A stretch of DNA of 39,066 nt from Deltaproteobacteria bacterium (GTDB taxonomy: Bacteria; UBA10199; SPLOWO2-01-44-7): NCBI GenBank assembly GCA_016203765.1, contig JACQMB010000091.1:1-39066 (forward strand). The letters are read 5' to 3'. A program made the position numbers and the translations under genes. The notes under the pieces are model-generated. The model was not told where the DNA came from, searched no databases, and was given only the letters and a program-made list of their open reading frames with translations. Positions within the stretch are counted from its first letter, which is position 1, and each line of letters begins with the position of its first letter. This document shows positions 26,746 to 37,294 of this stretch, piece after piece.

Positions 26746-27206
26746 CGGGCTCCCCTTTTTCTCTTGGTTGACGGCTTCTTCTCCTCCTGTTTCGCTTTCG
26801 CCTCCTTTTTCCCGGCTCCCTTCGGCCCCTTGAGCCTTGGGGCCGGCGGCGGGTTGTCCAAATATTCTATCAAAGCCATCGGGGCCTGGTCGCCATCTCT
26901 AAAGTTTAACTTTAGGATACGGGTATAACCTCCGTTGCGACCGGCAAAACGAGGGGCCAATTCGGCAAAGAGCATGCTTAAAGCCTCATGATCATGGAGA
27001 TATTGGCGCGCCCGGCGCCGGGCAGAGACACTCCCCTTTTTACCCAGGGTTACCAAACGATCAGCCAGGCGCCTTAACTCCTTGGCCTTGGGCAGGGTGG
27101 TTTTAATCCGGCCGTGCAGGATCAGCGAAGCCGCCATGTTTTTGAGCATCGCCATCCGGTGAGCCCCTGTCCGGTTCAATTTCCTGTGATCGACCAAATG
27201 GCGCAT
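26742..27206 (-). CDS. rplQ: 50S ribosomal protein L17
   Basis: [28 protein letters not shown]. Confidence 0.97.
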   Translation of the reverse strand: MRHLVDHRKLNRTGAHRMAMLKNMAASLILHGRIKTTLPKAKELRRLADRLVTLGKKGSVSARRRARQYLHDHEALSMLFAELAPRFAGRNGGYTRILKLNFRDGDQAPMALIEYLDNPPPAPRLKGPKGAGKKEAKAKQEEKKPSTKRKRGAR

Positions 27207-27215
27207 GGTTTTCCC

Positions 27216-28238
27216 CTATTCCACATCCTTGGGGCGGTATTTTTCCGCATCCTCCACCGAAAAACCCTCCGCATTCATGCCTAAGGTCAGGCCCAGTTCC
27301 GTCAAGGTTTCCTTGATTTCATTCAGCGATTTTCGGCCGAAATTCTTGGTCTTGAGCATTTCGGCCTCGGTTTTTTGAACCAGTTCCCCCAAAAATTTGA
27401 TGTTGGCATTGGCCAAACAGTTGGCCGAACGGACCGAGAGCTCCAGCTCATCCACCCGCCGGTAGAGATTGGGATTGAGGCCGGGCCCCTCCTCTCCGCC
27501 CTCCTCCTCTTCCACGATTTCGGGCAGGCCCGCCTCGTCAAAATTGATGAAAATCTGAAGCTGTTCCTTCAAAATTTTGGCGGCGAAGGCCAGGGCATCC
27601 TCGGGTTTTACGGAACCGTCGGTCCACAATTCCATGGTCAACTTGTCATAATCGGTGCGCTGGCCCACCCGCGCATGGGTCACGTTGTAGTTGACCCGCG
27701 TAACGGGGGAATAGACTGCGTCCATCGGAATCATTCCGATCGCATCCCCCGACGCTTTCCCCTCCTCGGCCGGCACATATCCCCTCCCCATCGTCACATG
27801 AAAGGTTCCCTTCAGTTTTCCATCTTTGTTGAGGGTGGCCACGGTCGACGAGGGATTTAAAATTTCCACTTCCGCCGGGCATTGAAAATCCCCGGCCCTC
27901 ACCTCTTTGGGCCCTTTCACATCGAGTTGCAGGGCGGCCTTCGACCCGCTTAACAACCTCAGTTTCACCCCTTTCAGGTTGAGTAAAATGTCGGTGACAT
28001 CCTCCTTGACGCCGGGGAGGGTGGAAAACTCGTGCTGCACCCCCTCCAATTTTATCTTGGTGATGGCCGCCCCCTGCAGGCTGGAAAGCAGGATCCGCCG
28101 CAGGGCATTGCCGATGGTGATGCCGAAGCCCCGCTCCAGCGGAGAAGCCACGAACTTTCCGTAGCCGGGCGTCAGCTCCTTGCCGGCGAACTCCAGGGCC
28201 TTCGGGCGGATTAAATGAACCCAGTTGCGTTGAATCAT
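27216..28238 (-). CDS. rpoA: RNA polymerase alpha subunit
   Basis: [42 protein letters not shown]. Confidence 0.98.
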   Translation of the reverse strand: MIQRNWVHLIRPKALEFAGKELTPGYGKFVASPLERGFGITIGNALRRILLSSLQGAAITKIKLEGVQHEFSTLPGVKEDVTDILLNLKGVKLRLLSGSKAALQLDVKGPKEVRAGDFQCPAEVEILNPSSTVATLNKDGKLKGTFHVTMGRGYVPAEEGKASGDAIGMIPMDAVYSPVTRVNYNVTHARVGQRTDYDKLTMELWTDGSVKPEDALAFAAKILKEQLQIFINFDEAGLPEIVEEEEGGEEGPGLNPNLYRRVDELELSVRSANCLANANIKFLGELVQKTEAEMLKTKNFGRKSLNEIKETLTELGLTLGMNAEGFSVEDAEKYRPKDVE

Positions 28239-28258
28239 GTCAAACCTCCCTTGGTCAT

Positions 28259-28280
28259 CCTTCGGGTTTCGCCCTCAGGA
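28259..28280. repeat. REP-like motif (CCTGAGGGCGAAACCCGAAGG on the - strand) between rpsD and rpoA
   Basis: Shares CCTGAG...CGAAGG ends with the motif at 10264-10282. Confidence 0.5.
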
Positions 28281-28285
28281 GGACA

Positions 28286-28903
28286 TCATTTTGAATACAA
28301 CTCCACAATCAATTGCTCTTCGATCGGCATGGTCAGTTGTTCCCGGCCGGGAAAATCAGCCACCAGGCCTTCCATCTTTTCCTTCTCCAATTTCAACCAT
28401 GCCGGGATTCCCCGCCGGGGCGCCCCCTCCTCCGTTTCGATGATCCCGTTGATGGTGCGGGTCTTCTCATGCACGGCGATCTTGTCCTCCTTTTGAACGG
28501 TATAGGAGGGAAGGGTCACGACCTTTCCGTTGACAAGGAAATGCCCGTGTTTCACCCATTTTCTCGCCTCTTTCAAGGAGCGGGCAAACCCCATGCGCCA
28601 AACAATGTTATCCAAACGCCTTTCCAACAAAACCAGCAGCATCTCGCCGGTAATGCCTTTGCTGCGCTCGGCCTCGCCAAAGATCTTTCGAAATTGCCGC
28701 TCCCGCAGGCCGTAAATGCGTTTAACCTTCTGTTTTTCACGGAGTTGAAGGCCGTACTCCGAAGGTTTTTTCCGGCGCTGGCCGTGTTGACCGGGGGCAT
28801 AGGTACGCCGCGAGATGGCGCACTTGTCGGTAAAACAGCGATCCCCCTTCAAAAAGAGCTTGATCCCCTCCCGACGGCAATGTCTACATACGGATAAACG
28901 CAT
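28286..28903 (-). CDS. rpsD: 30S ribosomal protein S4
   Basis: [34 protein letters not shown]. Confidence 0.97.
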   Translation of the reverse strand: MRLSVCRHCRREGIKLFLKGDRCFTDKCAISRRTYAPGQHGQRRKKPSEYGLQLREKQKVKRIYGLRERQFRKIFGEAERSKGITGEMLLVLLERRLDNIVWRMGFARSLKEARKWVKHGHFLVNGKVVTLPSYTVQKEDKIAVHEKTRTINGIIETEEGAPRRGIPAWLKLEKEKMEGLVADFPGREQLTMPIEEQLIVELYSK

Positions 28904-28924
28904 TTCTTCTCCGATTCATGACTC

Positions 28925-29383
28925 TTATACCCGTCTCCGCTTGGGCGGGCGGCAGCCATTATGCGGCAGCGGGGTCACATCCCGAATCGCAGTGACCCGC
29001 ACGCCGGTCCGTTGCAAAACCCTCAAAGCCTGATCCCGTCCCGATCCGGGGCCCTTCACAAAAACGGTCACCTGTTTGAGGCCATGCACACTGGCCTTTT
29101 TGACGGCATCTTCCACCGCCAGCTGGGCGGCAAAGGGGGTCCCCTTCCGAGAGCCCTTGAAACCGCACACGCCAGCCGAAGACCAAGCGATGGTATTCCC
29201 CTGCAAATCGGTTACCGAGACAAGCGTGTTGTTGAAGCTCGACTGAATATGAACGATTCCCACCGGAACATTTTTTTTCGTCCGCTTCTTTTGCTTGGCC
29301 GGCTTGGCGGGCTTGCCGGGTTTCGCCTCCGAGCCCGCCTTCTCTCCCTTGGCCTCTTTTTCTTTTTTTTGTTCTTCAGCCAT
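28925..29383 (-). CDS. rpsK: 30S ribosomal protein S11 with N-terminal Lys/Ala extension
   Basis: [31 protein letters not shown]; start 29383 or 29395. Confidence 0.96.
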   Translation of the reverse strand: MAEEQKKEKEAKGEKAGSEAKPGKPAKPAKQKKRTKKNVPVGIVHIQSSFNNTLVSVTDLQGNTIAWSSAGVCGFKGSRKGTPFAAQLAVEDAVKKASVHGLKQVTVFVKGPGSGRDQALRVLQRTGVRVTAIRDVTPLPHNGCRPPKRRRV

Positions 29384-29404
29384 TGATTCAGTCATGAGTC
29401 ATGA

Positions 29405-29791
29405 CTACTTCGGTCCGGGGGCCATCTTTTTTCCCGCAATCGCGATGCGCGGACGCCCCTTCTTGGTCCGCGCATTCGTCTTTGTCCGCTGTCCCCGGCT
29501 CGGCAAATTCCGGATATGCCTTAAACCGCGATAGGCGCCCAAATCTTTCAGCCGCTTAATGTTGCCGCCGACTTCACGCCGGAGGTCTCCCTCCACTTTG
29601 TAGTCCCGGTCAATGATCTCACGGATGTGAGCCGCCTGGGCCTCGGAGAGCTTTTCCCCTCGCAGAGTCTCGTCGATCTTAGCCGCCTCCAAAATTTTCC
29701 GGGCCGAGGTCAGACCGATCCCGTGGATATACTGCAACCCGTATAGAATCATATTTTTCGACGGTATGTCTACCCCGGCAATCCGCGGCAT
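29405..29791 (-). CDS. rpsM: 30S ribosomal protein S13
   Basis: [25 protein letters not shown]. Confidence 0.97.
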   Translation of the reverse strand: MPRIAGVDIPSKNMILYGLQYIHGIGLTSARKILEAAKIDETLRGEKLSEAQAAHIREIIDRDYKVEGDLRREVGGNIKRLKDLGAYRGLRHIRNLPSRGQRTKTNARTKKGRPRIAIAGKKMAPGPK

Positions 29792-29826
29792 TCTTCCTTA
29801 TCCCTTCTCATGACTCATGACTCTCT

Positions 29827-29940
29827 TCACCCCTGACGCTGTTTGTGTTTCGGGTTTACGCAGATCACTCGCACCACGCCCTTGCGTTTAATGACCTTGC
29901 ATTTATCACAAATTTTTTTAACCGACGCACGCACTTTCAT
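29827..29940 (-). CDS. rpmJ: 50S ribosomal protein L36 (Zn-binding type)
   Basis: Below the ORF-track cutoff; manual translation [37 protein letters not shown]. Confidence 0.97.
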   Translation of the reverse strand: MKVRASVKKICDKCKVIKRKGVVRVICVNPKHKQRQG

Positions 29941-29949
29941 GGTTTTTGA

Positions 29950-30168
29950 TCATTTGCCCCGATAGACGATCCTCCCCCGCGATAAATCATACGGGGAGAG
30001 TTCCACCGTGACCCGATCCCCCGGCAAAATCCGGATGAAATGCATCCGCATTTTGCCCGAGACATGGGCCAACACCTTGTGACCGTTTTCCAGTTCCACA
30101 CGAAACATGGCATTCGGAAGCGTTTCCAAAACCTTTCCCTCCGTCTGGATTAAATCTTCTTTTGCCAT
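29950..30168 (-). CDS. infA: Translation initiation factor IF-1
   Basis: [11 protein letters not shown]...[14 protein letters not shown]...[10 protein letters not shown]. Confidence 0.97.
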   Translation of the reverse strand: MAKEDLIQTEGKVLETLPNAMFRVELENGHKVLAHVSGKMRMHFIRILPGDRVTVELSPYDLSRGRIVYRGK

Positions 30169-30221
30169 TCTTTGAATAAACCGCGTGTCTATACCAAATT
30201 TAAATGAAAAATCAAGTACTT

Positions 30222-30971
30222 CTAGTCCCAACGGCTTAACACGTCGGGACCCTCCGCCGTAACCGCCACCGAGTGCTCAAAATGGACCGCCAGCCCGCCG
30301 TCCTGGGTCACCACCGTCCAGCCGTCGGATAAGGTCTTAACCGCATAGTCCCCCTCACAGACCATCGGCTCAAAGGCCAACACCAAACCCGGTTTCAGCC
30401 GCATTCCCGTCCCCGCCTCCCCAAAGTTGGGTAGCTGGGGGTCTTCGTGGAGATCTTTCCCGATCCCGTGTCCCACAAAATCGCGCACCACGGAAAATCC
30501 GGCCTTTTCCACCAAGCCTTGGACCACCGCCGAGATATCATAAAGCCTGGCGCCCGCCCGCATCTTCTGAATACCCAATTCCAGAGCTTTTGCCCCGACG
30601 GCCAAAATCCTTTTCGCTCCCTCCGAAACTTCTCCAAGCGGAAACGTCCAGGCATGATCACCGTAAAAGCCACGATACAAAACCCCGCAATCGATCGAAA
30701 CAATGTCCCCTTCCTTCAATTTGCGCTGGGAGGGGATGCCATGGACCAGCTCTTCATTGATGGAGATGCACAGGGCGGCGGGAAAACCGCGGTAACCTTT
30801 AAAGGCGGGCTTTCCCCCAGCCCGGGTTATGATTTCCTCGGCCAGGCGATCCAATTCCTGCGTGGCCGTGCCGGGGGTCATCTTTTCCTTCAGGGTCTGC
30901 ATCACGCGAACCGCAATCCGGTTCGCCTGCCGCATGACCTCAATCTCTTCTGGCGACTTCAGATAAATCAT
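30222..30971 (-). CDS. map: Type I methionine aminopeptidase
   Basis: [16 protein letters not shown]...GD, GHGIG..LHEDP, EPM, HFEHSV. Confidence 0.96.
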   Translation of the reverse strand: MIYLKSPEEIEVMRQANRIAVRVMQTLKEKMTPGTATQELDRLAEEIITRAGGKPAFKGYRGFPAALCISINEELVHGIPSQRKLKEGDIVSIDCGVLYRGFYGDHAWTFPLGEVSEGAKRILAVGAKALELGIQKMRAGARLYDISAVVQGLVEKAGFSVVRDFVGHGIGKDLHEDPQLPNFGEAGTGMRLKPGLVLAFEPMVCEGDYAVKTLSDGWTVVTQDGGLAVHFEHSVAVTAEGPDVLSRWD

Positions 30972-31657
30972 CCCTTTATCAAAGAACAAATGGCTTTAAA
31001 AACTTTTTCGGGCGGCCGGTTCCCATCCACTTTTTGCAACAGGCCCTGCTTTTGATAAAAAGGAATCAGCGGGGTGGTCTGTTGTTGATAAACTCTCCAG
31101 CGTTCCCGCACGGTCTCTTCCCTGTCATCCGGCCGTTGCATCAGCGCCCCGCCGCACTTGTCACAAAGACCCTCCTTCCGGGGGGGGTGAAACTTTAGAT
31201 GATGGGCCGCCCCGCAATGACTGCATTGACGCCGGCCGGTGTTGCGCGCCATCGCCTCCTCTTGCGAAATTGCGACGGCCAAAACGGAATCGAGTTTTAG
31301 TTTCTTTTCCTCCAACCATTGTTTGAGCCCTTCCGCCTGGCCGACGGTGCGGGGAAAACCGTCCAGGATGAAACCGGATTCACAATCTTTTTGTTCCATT
31401 CGTTCGGCCATCAGGGCAATGGTGATTTCATCCGGGACCAAATGTCCGGCATCCAAAATCCCCTTCACCTTTCTCCCCAGCGGCGTCTCTTTGCGAATGG
31501 CCTGACGAAAAAGATCCCCGGTGGTCAGACGGGGAATATTAAAATGTTTAGCCAGCCTTTCCGCCTGCGTCCCCTTCCCCGCCCCCGGCGGTCCAATCAG
31601 TACCAACCGAAGGGATTTGGGTCCGTAGTCCGTAGTCCGTAGTCCGTGGTCCGTCAC
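30968..31657 (-). CDS. adk: Adenylate kinase (Zn-lid type) with repeat-derived N-terminal extension
   Basis: GPPGAGKGT, LDGFPRT, CSHC...CDKC; GTG 31657 overlaps the secY TAG. Confidence 0.95.
   Translation of the reverse strand: MTDHGLRTTDYGPKSLRLVLIGPPGAGKGTQAERLAKHFNIPRLTTGDLFRQAIRKETPLGRKVKGILDAGHLVPDEITIALMAERMEQKDCESGFILDGFPRTVGQAEGLKQWLEEKKLKLDSVLAVAISQEEAMARNTGRRQCSHCGAAHHLKFHPPRKEGLCDKCGGALMQRPDDREETVRERWRVYQQQTTPLIPFYQKQGLLQKVDGNRPPEKVFKAICSLIKG
31621..31655. repeat. Heptamer array GTCCGTA x5 at the adk 5' end
   Basis: Read directly; encodes TDHGLRTTDYG. Confidence 0.92.
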
Positions 31658-32961
31658 TATCGTCTTCCCCGAAATCGCCCGCCCCCTTTGGCCCCCAGAA
31701 AACCCTCGTAATGGCGCGACAACATATGGGCCTCGATCTGGGCCAGGGTATCCATCCCCACGCCGACCATGATCAAAAGAGAGGTCCCGCCGAAAACCTG
31801 GGTGAGGGTGCGGGGGATGCCAAACCGGTCTCCAATGAAGGTGGGGATCAGGCAAACGGCCGTAATATATAACGCCCCTCCCAGGGTAATGCGGCTCAAG
31901 ACCTGGTCGATATAATCGGCCGTGCTTTTACCCGGCCGGATGCCGGGGATATATCCCCCCTGCTTTTTCAAATTTTCGGCCACATCGACCGGATTGAAGG
32001 CGACCGCCGTGTAAAAATAGCAGAAAAAGATGATCAACCCTCCGTAGAGGGCCACATAGACCCAGCCGCTCGTCATCAGATTGGCGAGACTGTTTAAAAA
32101 CGGATTGTCGGGACTAAACTGGGCAATGGTGGCCGGAAACAAAATGACCGAGGAGGCGAAAATAGGGGGAATCACGCCGGCCGAATTGACTTTCAATGGG
32201 AGATGGGCGGCCTGAATCCCCACCAACTGTCTTCCCACCACCCGTTTGGCATATTGGACCGGAAGCCTTCGCTGGGCCCGCTCCATATAAATGATAAAAC
32301 CGATCACGACCGCGAGTGCCGCCAGCAAGAAGAGGAAACCGAACAGACTGCCATACTGTTCCTTGCTTTCCCAGGCGTTTTGAAATCCGCCGGGGATAGA
32401 GGAAATAATGCCGGCAAAGATAATCAGGGAGATGCCGTTGCCGATCCCCCGCTCGGTGATCATTTCGCCCAGCCACATCAAAAAACTGGTGCCGGCGGCC
32501 AGGGTTAAAACGGTGCAAAAATAAAAGGTCATTGCCGGAATGCCCGGGGTGGCAAACCCCTGGGAGCGCAACCCGTAACTGATTCCAAAACCCTGAATAA
32601 GGCTCAGGGCCACCGTGGCATAGCGGGTATACTGGGTGATCTTGCGGCGGCCGGCTTCTCCCTCCTTGGAGAGACGCTCCACGGCCGGAACGGCGACGGT
32701 CAAAAGCTGAAAGATAATCGAGGCGCTGATGTAAGGCATGATCCCCAAGGCAAAGACCGAAAACTGCTCCAGGGCCCCGCCGGAAAAGAGTTTAAATATT
32801 TCGAACACGGTCCCCGACTGCAAAAACTTGGCCACCGCCTCCGCCTGGATCCAGGGGGTATGGACAAAAATGCCGACCCGAAAAACGGCCAGCATCCCCA
32901 GGGTGAACAATATCCGTTTTCTTAATTCGGGGATTTTGGCAAGATTTGCGACTTGAGCCAT
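31657..32961 (-). CDS. secY: Preprotein translocase subunit SecY
   Basis: FALGIMPYISASII, GIGNGISLIIF, AGVIPPIFA, IPGIRPG, GGTSLLI. Confidence 0.98.
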   Translation of the reverse strand: MAQVANLAKIPELRKRILFTLGMLAVFRVGIFVHTPWIQAEAVAKFLQSGTVFEIFKLFSGGALEQFSVFALGIMPYISASIIFQLLTVAVPAVERLSKEGEAGRRKITQYTRYATVALSLIQGFGISYGLRSQGFATPGIPAMTFYFCTVLTLAAGTSFLMWLGEMITERGIGNGISLIIFAGIISSIPGGFQNAWESKEQYGSLFGFLFLLAALAVVIGFIIYMERAQRRLPVQYAKRVVGRQLVGIQAAHLPLKVNSAGVIPPIFASSVILFPATIAQFSPDNPFLNSLANLMTSGWVYVALYGGLIIFFCYFYTAVAFNPVDVAENLKKQGGYIPGIRPGKSTADYIDQVLSRITLGGALYITAVCLIPTFIGDRFGIPRTLTQVFGGTSLLIMVGVGMDTLAQIEAHMLSRHYEGFLGAKGGGRFRGRR

Positions 32962-32973
32962 TGGAGTGCCATC

Positions 32974-32997
32974 GGGCGAGGGTGCGAGGGTGCGAGG
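32974..32997. repeat. Short octamer array (GGTGCGAG) between rplO and secY
   Basis: GGGCGAG GGTGCGAG GGTGCGAG. Confidence 0.6.
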
Positions 32998-33000
32998 AGA

Positions 33001-33459
33001 CTAATGAATCGCACCGCCCGATTTCTCTATTTTTTCCTTTGCCGTTTTTGAAAAACCGCAAGATTTAAACGTCAAAGATGTTTTTACTTCTCCCACGCCT
33101 AAAATTTTTAAAAAATCGGCCCGGTTGGAGATCCAGCCTCTTTCCTTGGCCAGCGCCAACGTCACTTCGGTCCCCGCCGGGAGGCCCGCCAGTTGATCCA
33201 AATTCACAACCCCCACCCGTTTGCGAAAAATATTGGTAAAACCACGTTTTGGAAGCCGGCGAGCCAGCGGAGTCTGCCCCCCCTCAAAACCTCGTTTGTG
33301 AAAGCCCCCCGCCCTGGCCCCTTGCCCTTTATTTCCGCGACCGGCGGGCTTGCCGTGGCCCGAGGATTCTCCGCGGCCCAGGCGTTTCGGCCCCTTACGC
33401 GCAACGCGCGGGCGGAGCCGGTTCAACGTCCAAGCCACTTTTTTTTCCGTTTTAACCAC
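33001..33459 (-). CDS. rplO: 50S ribosomal protein L15
   Basis: [30 protein letters not shown]. Confidence 0.96.
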   Translation of the reverse strand: MVKTEKKVAWTLNRLRPRVARKGPKRLGRGESSGHGKPAGRGNKGQGARAGGFHKRGFEGGQTPLARRLPKRGFTNIFRKRVGVVNLDQLAGLPAGTEVTLALAKERGWISNRADFLKILGVGEVKTSLTFKSCGFSKTAKEKIEKSGGAIH

Positions 33460-33955
33460 GCGGATGCCTCAACAGCCGGACGGCCTCTTGTGATCTCAAT
33501 TGCACCAGACCATCCAACGTGGCCTTCAAAACATTATGAGAATTTTGAGTCCCGATCGATTTGGTCAGAATATTTTTAACGCCGACCGCCTCGACGACCG
33601 CCCGCACCGCCCCGCCGGCAATCACACCGGTTCCCTGGCTGGCCGGTCTCATCAAGACATGGGCCGCTCCATAATGTCCCTTCACTTCATGCGGAATGGT
33701 TCCATGCGTCAGGGGGATGCGCACCATTCCTCTTTTCGCCCGCTCACTCCCCTTCTTGATGGCGGCGGGGACCTCACCGGCCTTCCCCAACCCCACCCCG
33801 ACCCTTCCGTTCCCGTCTCCCACGACCACCAGGGCGGAGAAACGAAAGCGCCGGCCCCCCTTCACCACCTTGGCCACACGGCTGATATTAACCACCCGTT
33901 CCAACAAGGCGGAGCCGGCGGCGGTAATTTCAGAATGAGAATCCGATCGTGCCAT
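33452..33955 (-). CDS. rpsE: 30S ribosomal protein S5
   Basis: [30 protein letters not shown]. Confidence 0.97.
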   Translation of the reverse strand: MARSDSHSEITAAGSALLERVVNISRVAKVVKGGRRFRFSALVVVGDGNGRVGVGLGKAGEVPAAIKKGSERAKRGMVRIPLTHGTIPHEVKGHYGAAHVLMRPASQGTGVIAGGAVRAVVEAVGVKNILTKSIGTQNSHNVLKATLDGLVQLRSQEAVRLLRHPRG

Positions 33956-33967
33956 CTTTAATCTTTC

Positions 33968-34330
33968 CTAAAACTTGAGGCCCCCCTCGCGGGCGGCATC
34001 GGCCAGCGCCTTTAAAACCCCGTGGTAGCGAAAGCCGTTCCGGTCAAAAACCGCCTCGGTAATCCCCTTTTGCCCGGCCCTCTTGGCCAAGGCCGTCCCC
34101 AGCACCTTGGCGCCGGGCACGGTACCCTTGGCCTTATCGCGCAATGCCTTATCCATGGTGGAGACGCTGGCCAGGGTCTTTCCCTCCCCGTCATTGATCA
34201 GCTGGGCATACAAATGCCTTGCCGATTTAAAAACAGAGAGTCTCGGCCTGGAGGCGGACCCCAACACCTTTTGCCGAATCCTCAGCTTTCTTCGTTGTCT
34301 CCCCCTCTGTCTTTTATTCATCTTTTCCAT
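33968..34330 (-). CDS. rplR: 50S ribosomal protein L18
   Basis: RPRLSVFKS, VFDRNGFRYHG, AREGGLKF. Confidence 0.97.
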   Translation of the reverse strand: MEKMNKRQRGRQRRKLRIRQKVLGSASRPRLSVFKSARHLYAQLINDGEGKTLASVSTMDKALRDKAKGTVPGAKVLGTALAKRAGQKGITEAVFDRNGFRYHGVLKALADAAREGGLKF

Positions 34331-34347
34331 ATTATTTTTTCGTCATT

Positions 34348-34899
34348 TTATGCACCCGTTGCCCCCGCGGCCGCCTTCCCCACCTTGAGCCGGATATATT
34401 CACCCTTATAACGAATTCCCTTTCCCTGATAAGGTTCCGGAGGTTTTAACCGCCGGATGTTGGCGGCCACCTGGCCCACTAAAACCTTGTCGCAACCGGC
34501 GATCTCCAGCTTGGTTTGACCTCCTACCTTGATTAGAATCCCCTCGGGAATAGGAAACAAAACCGGATGGGAAAATCCAAGACTCAACCGGAGCTGATTC
34601 CCCTTCACCTCGGCCCGGTAACCCACCCCCTGAATCTCCAGCTCTTTTTGAAAAGGCTGGGCAACCCCCTGCACCATATTGTGGAGCACCGCCTGGCTTA
34701 CCCCATGCTGGGACCGGGACCGGCTTCCCTCCTCGGCGCGGCAGACCAGCAGTTTTCCCTCTTTCTGTTCCACCGTGACTCCCTCGGGGATGAGATAGTA
34801 AAGTTTTCCCTTAGGGCCTTGAATATTGATCCGCGGCCCCTCCCGCTGGACGGTCACCCCCTTGGGAATTTCAACCGGTCTTTTTCCGATCCGAGACAT
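34348..34899 (-). CDS. rplF: 50S ribosomal protein L6
   Basis: MSRIGK, GVGYRA, PEPYQGKGIRY. Confidence 0.97.
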   Translation of the reverse strand: MSRIGKRPVEIPKGVTVQREGPRINIQGPKGKLYYLIPEGVTVEQKEGKLLVCRAEEGSRSRSQHGVSQAVLHNMVQGVAQPFQKELEIQGVGYRAEVKGNQLRLSLGFSHPVLFPIPEGILIKVGGQTKLEIAGCDKVLVGQVAANIRRLKPPEPYQGKGIRYKGEYIRLKVGKAAAGATGA

Positions 34900-35295
34900 T
34901 TACCAGAGCTCCAATAAAATTTCGCCCCCCACCTTTTGTTTCCGGGCCTCTCCATCCGTTAAAATCCCTTTCGAAGTCGAAAGGATTTGGGTCCCCAGGC
35001 CGCCGCGGAAGGGTTTGAGATCTTTATAACTGAGATAGACACGACGGGAGAGGCGGCTCACCCGTGACAAATTCGTAATGGCACCCGCACCGTCGGGGAG
35101 ATATTTCAGTTGAAGCACCAGGGCCTTTTGTGTCCCCTTCCCCACCACCTCGAGGCCGGAGATATACCCCTCCGCCGACAAAATTTTGCCCACCGATTCC
35201 TTGAGTTTGGAATGGGGAATCGTCACCTGCTCATGCCGCATCATCAGGGCATTGCGGATTCGGGTTAACAGGTCGGACAAAGGATCGGTCATCAT
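34900..35295 (-). CDS. rpsH: 30S ribosomal protein S8
   Basis: TDPLSDLLTRIRNA, STSKG, VGGE. Confidence 0.97.
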   Translation of the reverse strand: MMTDPLSDLLTRIRNALMMRHEQVTIPHSKLKESVGKILSAEGYISGLEVVGKGTQKALVLQLKYLPDGAGAITNLSRVSRLSRRVYLSYKDLKPFRGGLGTQILSTSKGILTDGEARKQKVGGEILLELW

Positions 35296-35301
35296 ATTTT
35301 T

Positions 35302-35487
35302 TTACCAGCTCGCCTTTCCTACACCGGGGATTTCCCCCTTCAAAGCCATTTTTCGAAAGCAGAGACGGCACATCCCAAAACGCCGCAAAAAGGCCCTGGC
35401 CCGGCCGCACAAGGGACAACGGTTGTACCGCCTCGTCTTAAATTTCGGTTTCCGCTGTGACTTCACCAGCAAACACGTTCGAGCCAT
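35302..35487 (-). CDS. rpsN: 30S ribosomal protein S14, type Z
   Basis: 61 aa; RCPLCGR, CRLCFR, KASW. Confidence 0.97.
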   Translation of the reverse strand: MARTCLLVKSQRKPKFKTRRYNRCPLCGRARAFLRRFGMCRLCFRKMALKGEIPGVGKASW

Positions 35488-35489
35488 GG

Positions 35490-36011
35490 CTACCTTTCCC
35501 GAAAGGGCATCCCGAAGTTTTTCAACAGGGCCTTTCCCTCTTCGTTGTTTTTCGCCGTTGTTACAAAAGTAATGTTCATGCCGAAAACACGCTCGATTTT
35601 GTCGTGATCGATTTCGGAAAAAATGGTCTGCTCGGTCAGCCCCAAGGTATAGTTGCCCCGCCCGTCAAATCCCTTCGGGGAGACCCCCTTGAAATCACGC
35701 ACCCGCGGCAAAACAATGTTGATCAGCCGAGTCAGAAAGGCATGCATCTTCTTGCGCCGCAAGGTCACGCAACAACCGATCGGCTGGCCGGCCCGCAATT
35801 TAAAATTGGAAATCGACTTGCGAGCGCGGCTCAAAAACGGGCGCTGGCCGGTGATCTGCGCCACTTCCAGGGCGACTTTTTCCAGGACCTTGCGATCCTG
35901 CGCGGCCTCCTTGAGCGAGGTGTTCACAACGATCTTCTCCAGACGCGGGGTTTCCATCACGTTTTTGGCCTGCGTTTCTTTGTTCGTTTCCTTGTTCGTT
36001 TCTTTGTTCAT
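35490..36011 (-). CDS. rplE: 50S ribosomal protein L5 with atypical N-terminus
   Basis: [35 protein letters not shown]. Confidence 0.96.
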   Translation of the reverse strand: MNKETNKETNKETQAKNVMETPRLEKIVVNTSLKEAAQDRKVLEKVALEVAQITGQRPFLSRARKSISNFKLRAGQPIGCCVTLRRKKMHAFLTRLINIVLPRVRDFKGVSPKGFDGRGNYTLGLTEQTIFSEIDHDKIERVFGMNITFVTTAKNNEEGKALLKNFGMPFRER

Positions 36012-36343
36012 TTCTTCTTTTTCACCTCAATGGCCTGGCCGCAACGGGCGCAAAGGCGGTCCTTTTTTCCCTCTTTGTCCCGCTTCACCTTGACGCGCAC
36101 CCCCCGGTTGCACTTGGTGCAGTAAGGCATCAGCAGCGCGAGGGACAAGGGGGCCTCTTTTTCCAAAACTCCCCCTTGCTCTTTTTGGCTGCGGGGCCGC
36201 AGATGCCGTTTGACCTTGTTCAATCCCTCCACCAAGGCCCGTTCCTTTTTCATTAAAATCCCCAGGATCGTGCCGGTCTTTCCCTTTTCACGGCCGCCCT
36301 GAACCTGAACGGTGTCTCCGGTTTTGATGCGCGCGAGTGTCAT
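36008..36343 (-). CDS. rplX: 50S ribosomal protein L24
   Basis: [30 protein letters not shown]; ATG 36343 preferred. Confidence 0.95.
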   Translation of the reverse strand: MTLARIKTGDTVQVQGGREKGKTGTILGILMKKERALVEGLNKVKRHLRPRSQKEQGGVLEKEAPLSLALLMPYCTKCNRGVRVKVKRDKEGKKDRLCARCGQAIEVKKKK

Positions 36344-36350
36344 TGTTTTT

Positions 36351-36449
36351 GGACCATGGACCACGGACCAAGGACCACGAACCTGTTTCCCCTCTTCAGT
36401 CCGTAGTCCGCAGTCCGTAGTCCGTAGTCCCTCTTTAGTCCGTAGTCCC
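36351..36449. repeat. Inverted pair of heptamer arrays (GGACCAN x4, then AGTCCGT x5 + 2) between rplN and rplX
   Basis: Read directly; fills almost the whole intergenic gap. Confidence 0.93.
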
Positions 36450-36818
36450 TCATATCACCTCCGGGGCCAAGGAAACAATCTTCATAAATTTTCTCGCCCG
36501 AAGTTCCCTGGCCACCGGGCCAAAGATGCGGGTGCCGATCGGCTCCCCCTGTTCATTGAGCAAAACGGCTGAATTTTCGTCAAACTTGATGTAGGAGCCG
36601 TCGGGCCGGCGGGTCTCTTTTTTAACCCGCACAATGACCGCCTTTTTCACATCCCCCTTTTTCACCTTGGCCTCCGGGATCGCTTCCTTGACCGACACCA
36701 CGATGATATCGCCCAGGCCGGCGTACCGGCGCCGGCTCCCTCCGGGGACCTTGATGCACATGACGCGCCGTGCCCCCGAATTATCGGCCACCTCTAACAT
36801 TGTCCTCATTTGGATCAT
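36450..36818 (-). CDS. rplN: 50S ribosomal protein L14
   Basis: MIQ...[27 protein letters not shown]. Confidence 0.98.
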   Translation of the reverse strand: MIQMRTMLEVADNSGARRVMCIKVPGGSRRRYAGLGDIIVVSVKEAIPEAKVKKGDVKKAVIVRVKKETRRPDGSYIKFDENSAVLLNEQGEPIGTRIFGPVARELRARKFMKIVSLAPEVI

Positions 36819-36827
36819 AAAATAACC

Positions 36828-37103
36828 TCATGCCGTCTCGCCATGACCTTTCTTTAAAACAGAAACAACCCGCCAGCTTTTGCGCTTGCTCAAGGGACGC
36901 GTCTCTTGAATTTGCACCACATCCCCCGGTTTGCATTCCTGTTTTTCATCATGCGCCAAATATTTTTTGCGCCGGGAAATATATTTATGAAAGCGGGGCT
37001 CCAAGACCCGGCGGGTCACCAGGACGCTCACCGTCTTTTGCATCTTGTCGGAGAGGATGGTGCCGACTTTTGTTTTTCTGTTTTTTCCGGTTTGTTCCTT
37101 CAT
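36828..37103 (-). CDS. rpsQ: 30S ribosomal protein S17
   Basis: [23 protein letters not shown]. Confidence 0.96.
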   Translation of the reverse strand: MKEQTGKNRKTKVGTILSDKMQKTVSVLVTRRVLEPRFHKYISRRKKYLAHDEKQECKPGDVVQIQETRPLSKRKSWRVVSVLKKGHGETA

Positions 37104-37294
37104 GCCTTTGATTCCTTCTCCCTTAAAATCGTCAACATCCGGGCCGCATCCCTTTTATTTTTCCCCATGGCCGAAAGATCGGCAAGCTGGCCGATGGCTT
37201 TCTTAAGCCGCAGATCAAAAAGGGCCTTGCGCTTTTCTTCGATCATCTTGGCTATCTCCTTGGGGTCTTGGGAGCGAATTTCGTTAGGCTTCAA
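37100..37294 (-). CDS. rpmC: 50S ribosomal protein L29
   Basis: Between rplP and rpsQ; LFDLR...GQL...[13 protein letters not shown]; TTG start. Confidence 0.93.
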   Translation of the reverse strand: MKPNEIRSQDPKEIAKMIEEKRKALFDLRLKKAIGQLADLSAMGKNKRDAARMLTILREKESKA

